In this document: one piece after another, positions 41,098 through 51,373 of the stretch
Numbering within the stretch: the stretch's first letter is position 1
Layout of the letters: each line of letters starts with the position of its first letter
From: a virus
Lineage: Duplodnaviria; Heunggongvirae; Uroviricota; Caudoviricetes
Length of the DNA stretch: 64,000 bases
Reading direction: 5' to 3' (one strand)
Virus record (IMG/VR): IMGVR_UViG_3300014205_000209
Notes under the pieces: model-generated
Database searches by the model: none
Seen by the model: only the letters and a program-made list of their open reading frames with translations
Told to the model about the DNA's origin: nothing
Position numbers and translations under genes: made by a program

Positions 41098-41778
41098 TCA
41101 GTTTTCATATAGTTGATAAATATCTTTCATAATCATTATATATTTTTCAAAATTACCATATTTTAAAGATTTAAGTGATTCAACAACTTTGTACCAAAAT
41201 TTGAAATCACCTTTTTTTGGAATCCAAAATTTATCATTTTCAAATTCTTGGTCATTATGTGTTAGTTCATAATCTATACATTTTTTTATTAAAGATTTTG
41301 CTTTGTCACAACAACATGCTGAACCTTCAAGTTTTTCAAATATTCTAGAAAGATTATTTTCGAAAAAACTATAATTAGTGTAGAAACATAATGTTTTATC
41401 ATTACAACCTATAGTTTCTTTAACAGCTGTTTCTATAATATGATTGAATTTCTGAACACATAATATATCAAATTCAACAGGATTTTTTATTTTTTCTATA
41501 AATTCATTTTCTATTAAAAATACGTATAAAGCATCTTCCATCGATTTTTGTTTTGTTTCTTCAGCAAATGAATTTAACATATTAGTCATAACATTACTTA
41601 AAAATTCTTTTGTAATTGTTTCTTTAGCTGGAGGCGGCGGAGGAGGTGGAGGCACTGATCTTAAACCAATGGGACATTTTCTTGGAGCATTAGTAGACAT
41701 TAAATTAGTCCTTTTAATTGATAAGCTGTTAGTAGTAATAGTATCATAGAAATAAATGAATCTAAAACAATAAACCAT
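41098..41778 (-). CDS. hypothetical protein with a poly-proline tract
   Basis: SVPPPPPPPPA run near the N-terminus. Confidence 0.3.
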   Translation of the reverse strand: MVYCFRFIYFYDTITTNSLSIKRTNLMSTNAPRKCPIGLRSVPPPPPPPPAKETITKEFLSNVMTNMLNSFAEETKQKSMEDALYVFLIENEFIEKIKNPVEFDILCVQKFNHIIETAVKETIGCNDKTLCFYTNYSFFENNLSRIFEKLEGSACCCDKAKSLIKKCIDYELTHNDQEFENDKFWIPKKGDFKFWYKVVESLKSLKYGNFEKYIMIMKDIYQLYEN

Positions 41779-42088
41779 TTTCTTTTAAAATATTCTCGTA
41801 AAAAAGTTGTTTTAACTTTATATATTACAATTATAAATAAAGGAAAAGGGAATTTTGGAATTATAACAAGATACAAAGTAACTAAAGCTAAAAATCCTAA
41901 ATAAGTAATATTTACTAAAGCTAATAATGCAACTATTTTAACATAAAAAAAAGATGGGTGAATTTCTTTTTTTATTTGATCACAAGTTCTATATGCTTTT
42001 CTTATAGTATCAGGAAAAAATAAACAGATTACTTCATATATTGTATAAATAAAACAACATACAATAAAAAATTTAGTGATTAAGCTAT

Positions 42089-43429
42089 TCATTCTCTATC
42101 TCCTTTTGCATCTTTCATATTCATTACAGGTTTTACTCTCATTATGATTTCTGCAGTAGGTTCAATTGCTTCTTCTATCATTTTGGAATTTTTATATGCT
42201 TCAGGTGCTTCATCCAAAGTATTAAAACCAACTGATGTAGAATAAATGTCTTTCATTGAATCTTTAAATTTTTCTACATCAATAATTTGTTTAGCTTTTG
42301 CTCTACTATAAACCCTGCCTGCTCCGTGTGGTGCAGAATAATTCCATTCTGAATTGCTTTTACCTTTGCAAAATAATAATCCATCATGCATATTAAATGG
42401 AATTATCATTTCTTCACCAGTATAAGAACGGATTGCACCTTTTCTAACTATAAAATCTCTGAAATCTATAAAATTATGCACACAAGATATTCTTTTTAAA
42501 TCACTTCTGGATTTAATAGAACTATCTAGAACATCGCATATTATATCAGCTATATATTTCCTATTAACCTCTGCATATTTTTGAGCAAATATCATATCTG
42601 CCAAATAATGCATCGCATCTTCATCTTCAAGATAATCCATTACATTTTTAACATTATCAGTTCCTGCATCATTTCTTAATTTTCTTATTTCTGATTCTAT
42701 GTCTTTACCTGTGTATGTTTTTCTTATATTTTCTATTTCTGTTTTAATAGAAAAATCTTTTCCTTTTCTAACTATTTTAGTTGCATAATATTGCCAATAT
42801 TCACAAACACATTTACCAAAATTTCTAGAACCAGTATGTATAGTTAACCAAAAATGATTTTTTATATCATCTTTTCCAATTTCAATAAAATGATTACCGC
42901 CGCCTAAAGTGCCTATGCTGTTTATAATGCGTCTTTCATTTGCATTTATCTGTTTACATTTATTTTGGAACCATTTTTCTTCTCCTTCATAAATTTCAGG
43001 AGAATATGATGTATTAAATTTAACATTAAACGCATTTGTAAAATCTTTAGCAGTTTTTCTTACTTCATTCCAAGGAAAATCTTTTTTCAAATGAATTACT
43101 GCTTTATCATGCATATTTGATCCAAATGGTATTTTATCACGTATTATTTTATCTAATTCATCATATGACATTGATAATTTTTCACCTAAATCTTGCGATA
43201 ACATCCCACAACCAATATCTACACCTATGACATTAGGAATTATTTTTTGTGTCATAGGCATTGTGAAGCCAATTACAGCTCCTTTTCCCCAATGTGTATC
43301 TGGCATTATTGAAATAGGATTTGTAAATGCTGGATGATTTATGAATGATGTGATTTGACTAATACATGATTCTTCTACATTATCAATCATTACTTTAGCT
43401 GTTGTATATTTACCGGTCATTTCGAACAT
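42089..43429 (-). CDS. rtcB: RtcB-family RNA 3'-phosphate ligase
   Basis: VIGVDIGCGM, TLGGGNHFIEIG and APHGAGRVYSR are the hallmark metal-binding and GMP-His motifs of RtcB. 446 aa. Confidence 0.8.
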   Translation of the reverse strand: MFEMTGKYTTAKVMIDNVEESCISQITSFINHPAFTNPISIMPDTHWGKGAVIGFTMPMTQKIIPNVIGVDIGCGMLSQDLGEKLSMSYDELDKIIRDKIPFGSNMHDKAVIHLKKDFPWNEVRKTAKDFTNAFNVKFNTSYSPEIYEGEEKWFQNKCKQINANERRIINSIGTLGGGNHFIEIGKDDIKNHFWLTIHTGSRNFGKCVCEYWQYYATKIVRKGKDFSIKTEIENIRKTYTGKDIESEIRKLRNDAGTDNVKNVMDYLEDEDAMHYLADMIFAQKYAEVNRKYIADIICDVLDSSIKSRSDLKRISCVHNFIDFRDFIVRKGAIRSYTGEEMIIPFNMHDGLLFCKGKSNSEWNYSAPHGAGRVYSRAKAKQIIDVEKFKDSMKDIYSTSVGFNTLDEAPEAYKNSKMIEEAIEPTAEIIMRVKPVMNMKDAKGDRE

Positions 43430-43874
43430 TTTTGATCCTTTTTTTATATATATCTATTAATTTTTAAATTAAAGCTTAATCTATATCAAAATTTCTTTGT
43501 CCACATTTTGGACATACTGCATTTTTTGATACTTTTTTCCAACTTTTATAAGTCCACCATTTTTGTGTGAATAGTCTTTTTATATGTCTTTTCATTGACC
43601 ATAACATTATATTCCAGGAAAAAATATCGTTAGATTTAAATCCTTCTGCTTTTGCCCAAGAACGATCCATATTAATAATTCTTGGTTTTTTGTATTCTAA
43701 AAAATCTTCTATTACTAATGATAATGGATTATATCCAAATGGTCTTTGCGTTGTCCAAAACTTCCAAACTATTTTAAAATTCCAAAAATCATCTTGGCTC
43801 CAATTACAACCTTTAGTATGACAATGTAAAAATGACATTATATCCTTTCTTAACTTTTAGTTTACAAAGCCCAA

Positions 43875-44414
43875 TTATATTTCACTTCTACTATAACTGT
43901 TTTCTTCGCAAAAATCATCAAACATTTTAGTAAAAACAATTTGTTCATGAATTGATATTGATTTAGCTGATTGTATATTTTTATTTTCTTTAATAATATG
44001 TCTAAGGCCAGTTTTATAAATATCATACCATGTTAGTATTCTAATCTGATGAAATAATGTTAATATTTCAATTTCATCATACATAATTTGTCCGTAATAT
44101 GTTAAAATTTTTGGTTCGATATTTTTATCCAATACTAAAGTAACATATTCTGTTCTAGCATCAGAAGATAAACAATGTTCACAATTTGTAATTTTACAAT
44201 CAACTCTGTTGTATAAATTTTTTTGCCCATTTACTTCTGTTTTCTGCCAATGAATTTTTTTAGTTTCTATTCGATTAAGTATAAAAGAAAGTGTTATATT
44301 TACTGGAATTGGCTGTGTAATGGGTATAAATACACGTTTTATTTGTTGTGTTACTTTTCGTATTTCTGGTAGTATTTCCACATTACCATTCATAAAATCA
44401 AATTTGTATGACAT
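43875..44414 (-). CDS. hypothetical protein, paralog A of a tandem duplication
   Basis: Shares YKFDFMNGNVEI...KKIHWQKTEVNG...DCKI(T/I)NCEHCL...ARTEYV...NIEPKILTY...KMFDDFCEENSY..SEI with 44567..45142. Confidence 0.45.
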   Translation of the reverse strand: MSYKFDFMNGNVEILPEIRKVTQQIKRVFIPITQPIPVNITLSFILNRIETKKIHWQKTEVNGQKNLYNRVDCKITNCEHCLSSDARTEYVTLVLDKNIEPKILTYYGQIMYDEIEILTLFHQIRILTWYDIYKTGLRHIIKENKNIQSAKSISIHEQIVFTKMFDDFCEENSYSRSEI

Positions 44415-44566
44415 TTATATTCTTTCTTGTATTTCATCAAACATATTTAATTGAATAGATTCAATTTGTTCAGGTTCAAATTTTAGAAATCTAATATAAG
44501 CTGATTCACTTGGTAATAAACGTTGATTATTTGTTATTTTAATTTTTAGTTTTTTACAAAGACCCA

Positions 44567-45142
44567 TTATATTTCACTTTTCCTATAACTGTTTTCTTTA
44601 CAAAAATCATCAAACATTTTAGCAAAATATTGTTTAGAAAGATTTGATTGATATAGTGTAGAATGTTCTGTTTTATTTTCTGCAATAACATAACTACGTC
44701 CAGTTTTATAAATATTATACCATGTTAACATTTCAATTTCATCATGTATAATTTGTCCGTGATATGTTAAAATTTTTGGTTCAATATTTTCATCGAATAT
44801 CAATGAAACATATTCAGTTCTAGCGTTAGAAGTTAAACAATGTTCGCAGTTTATAATTTTACAATCAATTTTATTATAATGATTCACTGAATTTATTTCT
44901 GCTTTTTGCCAATGAATTTTTTTGGCGCCTATTTGATTAAATATAAAAGAAAGTGTTATATATTTTACGTCATAATCATTTTTGTAATAAGGTACATACA
45001 CACGTTTTAATTGATTTTGTTGTGGTAATTTTGGTAACATTTGTGGATCAATTTCTACATTACCATTCATAAAATCAAATTTATATTTATACATAGTAGC
45101 GAGGAGGATATTTTTTAGGATGTTTTTGTTTGAACAATTCAT
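44567..45142 (-). CDS. hypothetical protein, paralog B of a tandem duplication
   Basis: Collinear similarity to 43875..44414 along its full length. The downstream flanks are also duplicated. Confidence 0.45.
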   Translation of the reverse strand: MNCSNKNILKNILLATMYKYKFDFMNGNVEIDPQMLPKLPQQNQLKRVYVPYYKNDYDVKYITLSFIFNQIGAKKIHWQKAEINSVNHYNKIDCKIINCEHCLTSNARTEYVSLIFDENIEPKILTYHGQIIHDEIEMLTWYNIYKTGRSYVIAENKTEHSTLYQSNLSKQYFAKMFDDFCKENSYRKSEI

Positions 45143-46429
45143 CTCTATTTTCTAAATATTTGCAAATAAGATCTAAAACTTCTTTATGAAATAAATTATT
45201 CAATGCAGGAAATTTTGTTCCAATATCATGTAATATTATTTTTTTATTTTTAAGAGATAATTTAAACTTAAATTTTTCTTTTATTTCTTTCCAAACATCT
45301 TCAATAGGTCTAGAATCACCTCTTTGTATTTGTCTTTTTCCAACATAAATAGATGTTAATAAATGAAGATGTTCCAAAGCTTTACTAATTTGATTTTCTA
45401 ATTTTCTATCTTCATTTTCATCATTTTTTTTCATATTTCTTATTCCCTTATTTTGCACAAAATTTTAAAAATTAAAGTTTCTAAATATTGCCATTCTTTT
45501 TTATTATAATCTTGAGTTCCAACTGCTTTTGTCCAAACTTTATGTAATGCTGCATTTATTTCACTATTTAAATCGACTTGTGTTATAAAATTAACAATAC
45601 TAAATTTTGTTTCAACAATAAATTTTGATGTTCCTAACATATTTTTAACAGTTGGAATTGATTGAGCAATCTGTTTCCAATCTTCTACATCTATTTTTGA
45701 TGTTACCCAAAATGTTTCAATCTTTTTATTATTAAGCCGAACTTCAACTTCGAAAATATCAGAATTTTCATTCATAAATTATTCCTCAGAAGATTCTTTA
45801 TGCAATTGGGAGTAATTAGTAATACTTTAATGTTTGGATCAAAATCTGACCATTTTCCCGAATAACAATTCATTGCTGATGACCATTTTCCTCTGATGTT
45901 ATTTTCAGAATGCGTTGCAAAATGCCAGATCTTGTTTTTGTAGTAGAAGATATTATTTTTCTTGAGTATTTTTAGTTGTATCTTACTCATTTTTTTTTCC
46001 TTTTATTGCTTCTTCAATTTCTATTTTATTAATTTCTGATAATGCTCCAAAAGCAATATTTCTAAGATATTCAGGATCTTTACTTAATGCAACTGCCATT
46101 ATTCCATTCAATATTTCACCTTCTTTTAAATTATTTCTCATTGCAGCAATAGGATCATTTATTTCTTTTAAAGCTTTTAAAGCCAAATCATATTTTTGTT
46201 TAATATTCATTTTTCCTCAAAATATTTGCTACTATTTCTCTTTCTTTTTTTTCTTCACCATAATGTTGAGCAGTATCCCAAATACATGCTACTATACATT
46301 CTTTACTAGCTTTACCAGTAAAATCTATACCTCTTCCCAAATTTTTATTAAAATATACATCATGTTCAATATTAGTAAAACCTAATTCAGTTAAAATTTT
46401 ATCGCCTTCAGCAGTCATTTTTATTCCTT

Positions 46430-47527
46430 TCAATCAAAATCATTTTTGACAACCACTATACAAAGTATTATAGTTAAAATTAGAGTAATTACAAAAGTAA
46501 TAATAATAGCTTTAAATGTAGGTTCTACTGCAATATAATTAAAATCAGCAAATTGTTTCCTAACAAATTGATTTTTGACAGATTCTGCCACATAATCAAC
46601 TACTTTATTTATATCTAATGAATCCATTTCTTTGATTTTTCTAGCAACAGTTGTTTTTAATATTTGTACATCAGTCCATGATATTACTTTAGTCCATTTA
46701 ATTTTATTTTTTGATGTACCAATACAAACAATAAATTCATTTTTATTTCCACCTTTCCAAAACGATTCTTGTAACAATCCTGCTTCTAATGGTTGATTAT
46801 CAAAAATTAGAATAATCATATGAACTTGTTTCGTTGCACCATATAAAGCATTATATTTTTGTAATTTCTCGATTGCTTTAATATCATTAGTTCCCATAAT
46901 TGGAACAATACTATATTTATACAATTGATATTTTTTAATAGTTGCTGTATCTACTTCTCTGAAATTAAATACAGATCTAGATGATTGTACTTTATTTTCA
47001 TATGTATGTAATAAAATTAAAGGTTTAATATGTTCAAAAATACCATCAAAGGTAGTAAAATATGCATCACCATCATCCATATGATAATGTCTATGTAAAT
47101 CTTCAAATGATTTATTATTCCATAATTTACATAAATTGTAAAATTCTTGTTCTGAAATAAATTGTCTATTTCCTACATTATCTTCAATTTCATAATATTC
47201 AGGATGATAATCTCTATATGAACAATCATAATTTCTTGTACATGTTTTTGTACGTCCTTCAGAATCTTTACCACAATCATATGTTTCAGTACAAGTTTTA
47301 TTTATCCATTCATCCCAATCTTCATAATACGTTGCTTTAATAGCATATGAATTCAAATATTCTTTATCATTTGTTTGTGAAGATATTGAAATATATTTTC
47401 CTAAAGCAATCGCAAATAAAGGAATAAAAAAAATTATGAAATATTCTGCAACATGCATTTTGTGCTGAAATTTTAACACTAAAATGATGATAGCAATTAT
47501 TGGAATAATTAAACTAAACCAAATCAT
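46430..47527 (-). CDS. membrane protein with N- and C-terminal transmembrane segments and a Cys-rich middle (possible TPM-like partner of LemA)
   Basis: Hydrophobic helices at residues 1–40 and at the C-terminus. Sits directly downstream of the LemA-like gene. Confidence 0.3.
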   Translation of the reverse strand: MIWFSLIIPIIAIIILVLKFQHKMHVAEYFIIFFIPLFAIALGKYISISSQTNDKEYLNSYAIKATYYEDWDEWINKTCTETYDCGKDSEGRTKTCTRNYDCSYRDYHPEYYEIEDNVGNRQFISEQEFYNLCKLWNNKSFEDLHRHYHMDDGDAYFTTFDGIFEHIKPLILLHTYENKVQSSRSVFNFREVDTATIKKYQLYKYSIVPIMGTNDIKAIEKLQKYNALYGATKQVHMIILIFDNQPLEAGLLQESFWKGGNKNEFIVCIGTSKNKIKWTKVISWTDVQILKTTVARKIKEMDSLDINKVVDYVAESVKNQFVRKQFADFNYIAVEPTFKAIIITFVITLILTIILCIVVVKNDFD

Positions 47528-47537
47528 TTAGAATTCC

Positions 47538-48086
47538 TTATTTGAAAAGATCAACATCATCATCTTTACCAGTAGAAAAAGCTTTTTCAGTTTTAGTTGA
47601 TGTAACTATTTTAATTTCTACTTTTTGTATTCCTGATAAAAACCAACTACCAGGAAATTTACCTAACAAATTATTATGTTCTCTACTAATATCGATTAAT
47701 CGATTTTGAGCGATCATAAATTCTGCTCTATTAGATTCAATAGCATCACCTAGATCTTTATATAATTCTACAGAAAATTGTGGATTATGTTCTTTGATAA
47801 ATTTAAATAATGGAGATCCTTTTTCTTCACCTTCATATCTTTCGTTCATTATAGTTGCATAAACGTCTTTAAAATCTGCTTTATATTTATCTGAAATTTG
47901 TGCTTTTTGTGAAATTGTTTTCCAAGTTTTATCGTAAATATTTTCATTTGCTTTTTGTTGTGCTATTATTTGATTTCTTAAACCTACTTCATCATTTTTA
48001 TATGATATTCCTGTCATCACATAACCAAAAATTATAATTCCAAGCAAAAATAAAATTACCAACAATGCAATCAATCCTTTTTTCAT
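47538..48086 (-). CDS. LemA-family membrane protein
   Basis: N-terminal transmembrane helix, then RNQIIAQQKANENIYDKTWKTI...NERYEGEEKG and NRAEFMIAQNRLIDISREHNNLLGKFPGSWF, matching LemA-family organisation. Confidence 0.5.
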   Translation of the reverse strand: MKKGLIALLVILFLLGIIIFGYVMTGISYKNDEVGLRNQIIAQQKANENIYDKTWKTISQKAQISDKYKADFKDVYATIMNERYEGEEKGSPLFKFIKEHNPQFSVELYKDLGDAIESNRAEFMIAQNRLIDISREHNNLLGKFPGSWFLSGIQKVEIKIVTSTKTEKAFSTGKDDDVDLFK

Positions 48087-48107
48087 ACGAACTCCTTTTT
48101 AAGTTTT

Positions 48108-48665
48108 TTATTCAATTCCATCATTTACTAAATTTATAACTTCTAATTTATTTTCAATCACATATTTTCTATATTCGTCCCACCAATCAGGTTGTTTTAT
48201 TTTCCATTTAGCAAATCTAAATTTTGATGCTGCATAATAAGTTCTATAAGCTTTTATAGGATCTTCTTGACGAAATTGTACTGGCATCGCTTGAACAAAT
48301 GGTGTGATTTGAGCTAAACCAGCTTGTGGTAAATCAGGATAATTGATACATAAATGTTCAATTAAATCTTGAGTTTTATGTTTTTTTCTATATCTTATAG
48401 TATATTGTTCACATAATTCGAAAGCTAATATTGCCAACCATTTATAATTAGCAATATTAGTTCTAATCCAAACACAACATGGATGATTTTTATGAGTTAG
48501 TTTGTATAATTTAGGATTATCTGAATTTTCAGAATATGTTGAATGAGTAATATGATGAGCAGAACATAAAATTTGTGCATATTCCACAATCATTTTGCAA
48601 ACATGTTTGTTACAATGATCTTGAGCAATTTGTTTTTGATACTTTGATAAAATAAAAATATTCAT
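48108..48665 (-). CDS. hypothetical protein
   Basis: 185 aa with conserved-looking HCNKH...HH...H residues. Family not recognised. Confidence 0.3.
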   Translation of the reverse strand: MNIFILSKYQKQIAQDHCNKHVCKMIVEYAQILCSAHHITHSTYSENSDNPKLYKLTHKNHPCCVWIRTNIANYKWLAILAFELCEQYTIRYRKKHKTQDLIEHLCINYPDLPQAGLAQITPFVQAMPVQFRQEDPIKAYRTYYAASKFRFAKWKIKQPDWWDEYRKYVIENKLEVINLVNDGIE

Positions 48666-48700
48666 ATAATGTGAATATCAACTAAATATTAAATAAAAGC

Positions 48701-49570
48701 TTATCTAATAATAAGTTTTTCACTATAGCTATTATTTCCAATTTTAAAAGTTAATAAATAACGACCTTTTAAATTAATCAACATTGTATATTTAAAAAAA
48801 TCATTTTTAATTTGAAGTAAATTTGTACAATTTCTTCCATTTAAATCGAAAAGTTGAATTTTATTTACAAGATTATTTGATTGTAAATATAAGCTGCCAA
48901 ATGTTGGATTTGGATAAATATTAAAAGTTGTAGAATTTTTAGTAACTATTTTTTTCTCTATACTTGTATAACGAGTAATGAGGGTATCAATACAAACAGA
49001 TACGCCTGGAAAACTTGAATGAGTAACATTATTATTAGAATCTAAAAAGAATCCATCACTCCAATAAAAATTACATTTAAAATTATTTGGTAAAAAATAA
49101 TTATTAGTATCAGTATAAAAACCAATAAATTTTTTGTTAATAAGATATTGTAATGGAGATTCACAACCTGCATAATTAACGGATAATTTTACAAATTTAA
49201 GTGTGGAAAAATTAATACTTCCATTTATTGTAGAATCTATATGAACATAAACTGATTCTTCAGGTGTAAAATCCCCTCTAACTTTAAAAATTGTATCATA
49301 ATAACCTATAAATGCATTATCATACATATTAAATTTTTGCAAAATTCTTACAATTAATTCTTCTTGATAAGAAGTATCTACATAAACATCAACCAAATTA
49401 TTTCTTAAATAATAAGATGTTGTTACTTTTACAATACCTGGTTGAAGTTCTTCATAAACTTTAAAATTAGAATCAGCTGGTGTACAATCACAAGTAAATA
49501 CTTTTAAACAAAAAATTAGTATAAAACTAATAATGAATTTAAGTGTCATAATTTTCTCTCCTTCTTTCAA
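48701..49570 (-). CDS. secreted protein with a T9SS (type IX secretion) C-terminal sorting domain
   Basis: Signal-peptide/lipobox-like N-terminus (MTLKFIISFILIFCLKVFTC). C-terminus KIQLFDLNGRNCTNLLQIKNDFFKYTMLINLKGRYLLTFKIGNNSYSEKLIIR matches the Por-secretion CTD pattern. Confidence 0.5.
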   Translation of the reverse strand: MKEGEKIMTLKFIISFILIFCLKVFTCDCTPADSNFKVYEELQPGIVKVTTSYYLRNNLVDVYVDTSYQEELIVRILQKFNMYDNAFIGYYDTIFKVRGDFTPEESVYVHIDSTINGSINFSTLKFVKLSVNYAGCESPLQYLINKKFIGFYTDTNNYFLPNNFKCNFYWSDGFFLDSNNNVTHSSFPGVSVCIDTLITRYTSIEKKIVTKNSTTFNIYPNPTFGSLYLQSNNLVNKIQLFDLNGRNCTNLLQIKNDFFKYTMLINLKGRYLLTFKIGNNSYSEKLIIR

Positions 49571-49633
49571 ATAAACCTTATCAAGATGTCTAGAATCATT
49601 TCTAGAACATCTTGATAAAGTAAGTTATAGGTT

Positions 49634-51016
49634 TTATTTAGTCTTTGAAATGATTGGATCTACTACCACTTCTTTGATTTCTTTTTTCTTTCCTAAAAAT
49701 TCAGGAAGTTCCATTCCAGCTATCTTGAACAGATTTTCAAGAGGTGGAACTGAATTCATTAGTCCAGATATGAAATTTGGAGTTTGTGTACCAGAACCTG
49801 AATCCCAAACTGTAACATTGTCAATTTTGATACCTTTAACAGCTTCAACCTGTGTTTTTACCAGTTCAGGTAATTTGTCAACAATTAGTAACATTGCAGC
49901 TTTATTTGGATCGCCTCCGGCTGCACTAACAAGATTTTTAAATCCTTCAGCTTGTTTATCAAGAATTTCTTTTAAACCTTTAGCTTGAGCTTCCATTCTC
50001 AAGAAAATTGCATCAGCTTCACCTTTCGCTTCTCTACGTAATTTTTCAGCTTGTGCTTCTGCAGCTATTTCTATATTTGTTTTTGCAATTTCAGCTTTAA
50101 CAACTATATCTGCAGTTTGAGCTGCTCTTTCACGATCTGCTCTGGCAAGTTCAGCGATTTGTTCTGCTTTATACGTTTCTTCCTGAGCTTTTGCAATTGC
50201 AACTTTTTCAGCAGCTGTAGCAGCTCTATCAGCTTCTGCAGTTTTTTGTCTTAATTCAGATTTTGAATTTGCTATTTTAACATTTGCAGTATTTTCACCT
50301 TCAACCGCAATAGCATTAGCATCTGCAACTCTTACTCTTTGTTCTCTTAAAGCATCAGCTTGACCAATTTCACCAGACATTGTTTTTTGTGCAACATCAA
50401 TTTTAGCTTTATTCAATGCTTCTGCTGCCGCATTTTTTCCTAATGCTTCAATATATCCTGATTCATCACGAATATCAGTAATATTAACATTGATAAGAGT
50501 TAAACCAATTTTTTCAATTTCTGTTTCAACACTTAATTTAACATTTCTCAAAAATGTATCTCTATCAGCATTAATATCTTCAATAGACATTGTTGCAACG
50601 ACTTGACGCATTTGACCTGTAATAATTTCACAACATAATTTCTTTATTTGATCACTTGATAAACCTAACAAACGTTCTGCTGCATGTGCCATTATAGCTT
50701 CATTTGTTGATATACCAATTGTAAATGTTGATGGAACATTAACTCTAATTTGTTGTTTGCTTAGTGCACCATCCAATTTAATATCTATTTGAATTGGATT
50801 AAGATCCAAAAATTGATAATCTTGTAAAATTGGTAATATAAATGCTGAACCACCATGAATACATTTGGCAGCTTTATCTTTTCCAACACTTCCAAATACT
50901 ACTAATATTTTATCTGATGGACATCGTTTATATCTTTTCAAAATAACCATTAAAATCATGAAAAAGGCCAAAATTACAATAATGCCTGTAATTAACCAAA
51001 ATGAATTTAGTTCCAT
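49634..51016 (-). CDS. flotillin-like SPFH/band-7 protein (FloT/YuaG-like)
   Basis: N-terminal transmembrane helix, SPFH domain, then a long Ala/Glu-rich coiled-coil (EA repeats) typical of flotillins. 460 aa. Locally higher GC than its surroundings. Confidence 0.75.
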   Translation of the reverse strand: MELNSFWLITGIIVILAFFMILMVILKRYKRCPSDKILVVFGSVGKDKAAKCIHGGSAFILPILQDYQFLDLNPIQIDIKLDGALSKQQIRVNVPSTFTIGISTNEAIMAHAAERLLGLSSDQIKKLCCEIITGQMRQVVATMSIEDINADRDTFLRNVKLSVETEIEKIGLTLINVNITDIRDESGYIEALGKNAAAEALNKAKIDVAQKTMSGEIGQADALREQRVRVADANAIAVEGENTANVKIANSKSELRQKTAEADRAATAAEKVAIAKAQEETYKAEQIAELARADRERAAQTADIVVKAEIAKTNIEIAAEAQAEKLRREAKGEADAIFLRMEAQAKGLKEILDKQAEGFKNLVSAAGGDPNKAAMLLIVDKLPELVKTQVEAVKGIKIDNVTVWDSGSGTQTPNFISGLMNSVPPLENLFKIAGMELPEFLGKKKEIKEVVVDPIISKTK

Positions 51017-51073
51017 TAGAACTCCTTTAATTTAATTTGTTTTATAATCTTTCTATCATTTTTTTTATTTTAT

Positions 51074-51373
51074 CTAAACATTTTTCCTCCATCTTTTATA
51101 TTGCTTCATTTTTTGTTCTGCTATATAATATATCTCGGTAAATTTATTACATTTTAATTTTACTTTTGTATTACATTTATCTCTTTTAAGATATCTACCA
51201 CATTCATCATTTAACGTACATTTTTCATTATTACATCCACATGTATCATAATAGTAATTGTTAAATTTACTCATTAAATGTTCAATAATTAAAACAATAA
51301 AACCTCCACCAACTAAAACTAAAAAAGCAATATAAATTGTAGAAAAACAAAAATTAAAAATTTTAATTATCAT
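51074..51373 (-). CDS. small membrane protein with a Cys-rich tail
   Basis: Transmembrane helix followed by CGCNNEKC...CGRY...C. Confidence 0.3.
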   Translation of the reverse strand: MIIKIFNFCFSTIYIAFLVLVGGGFIVLIIEHLMSKFNNYYYDTCGCNNEKCTLNDECGRYLKRDKCNTKVKLKCNKFTEIYYIAEQKMKQYKRWRKNV

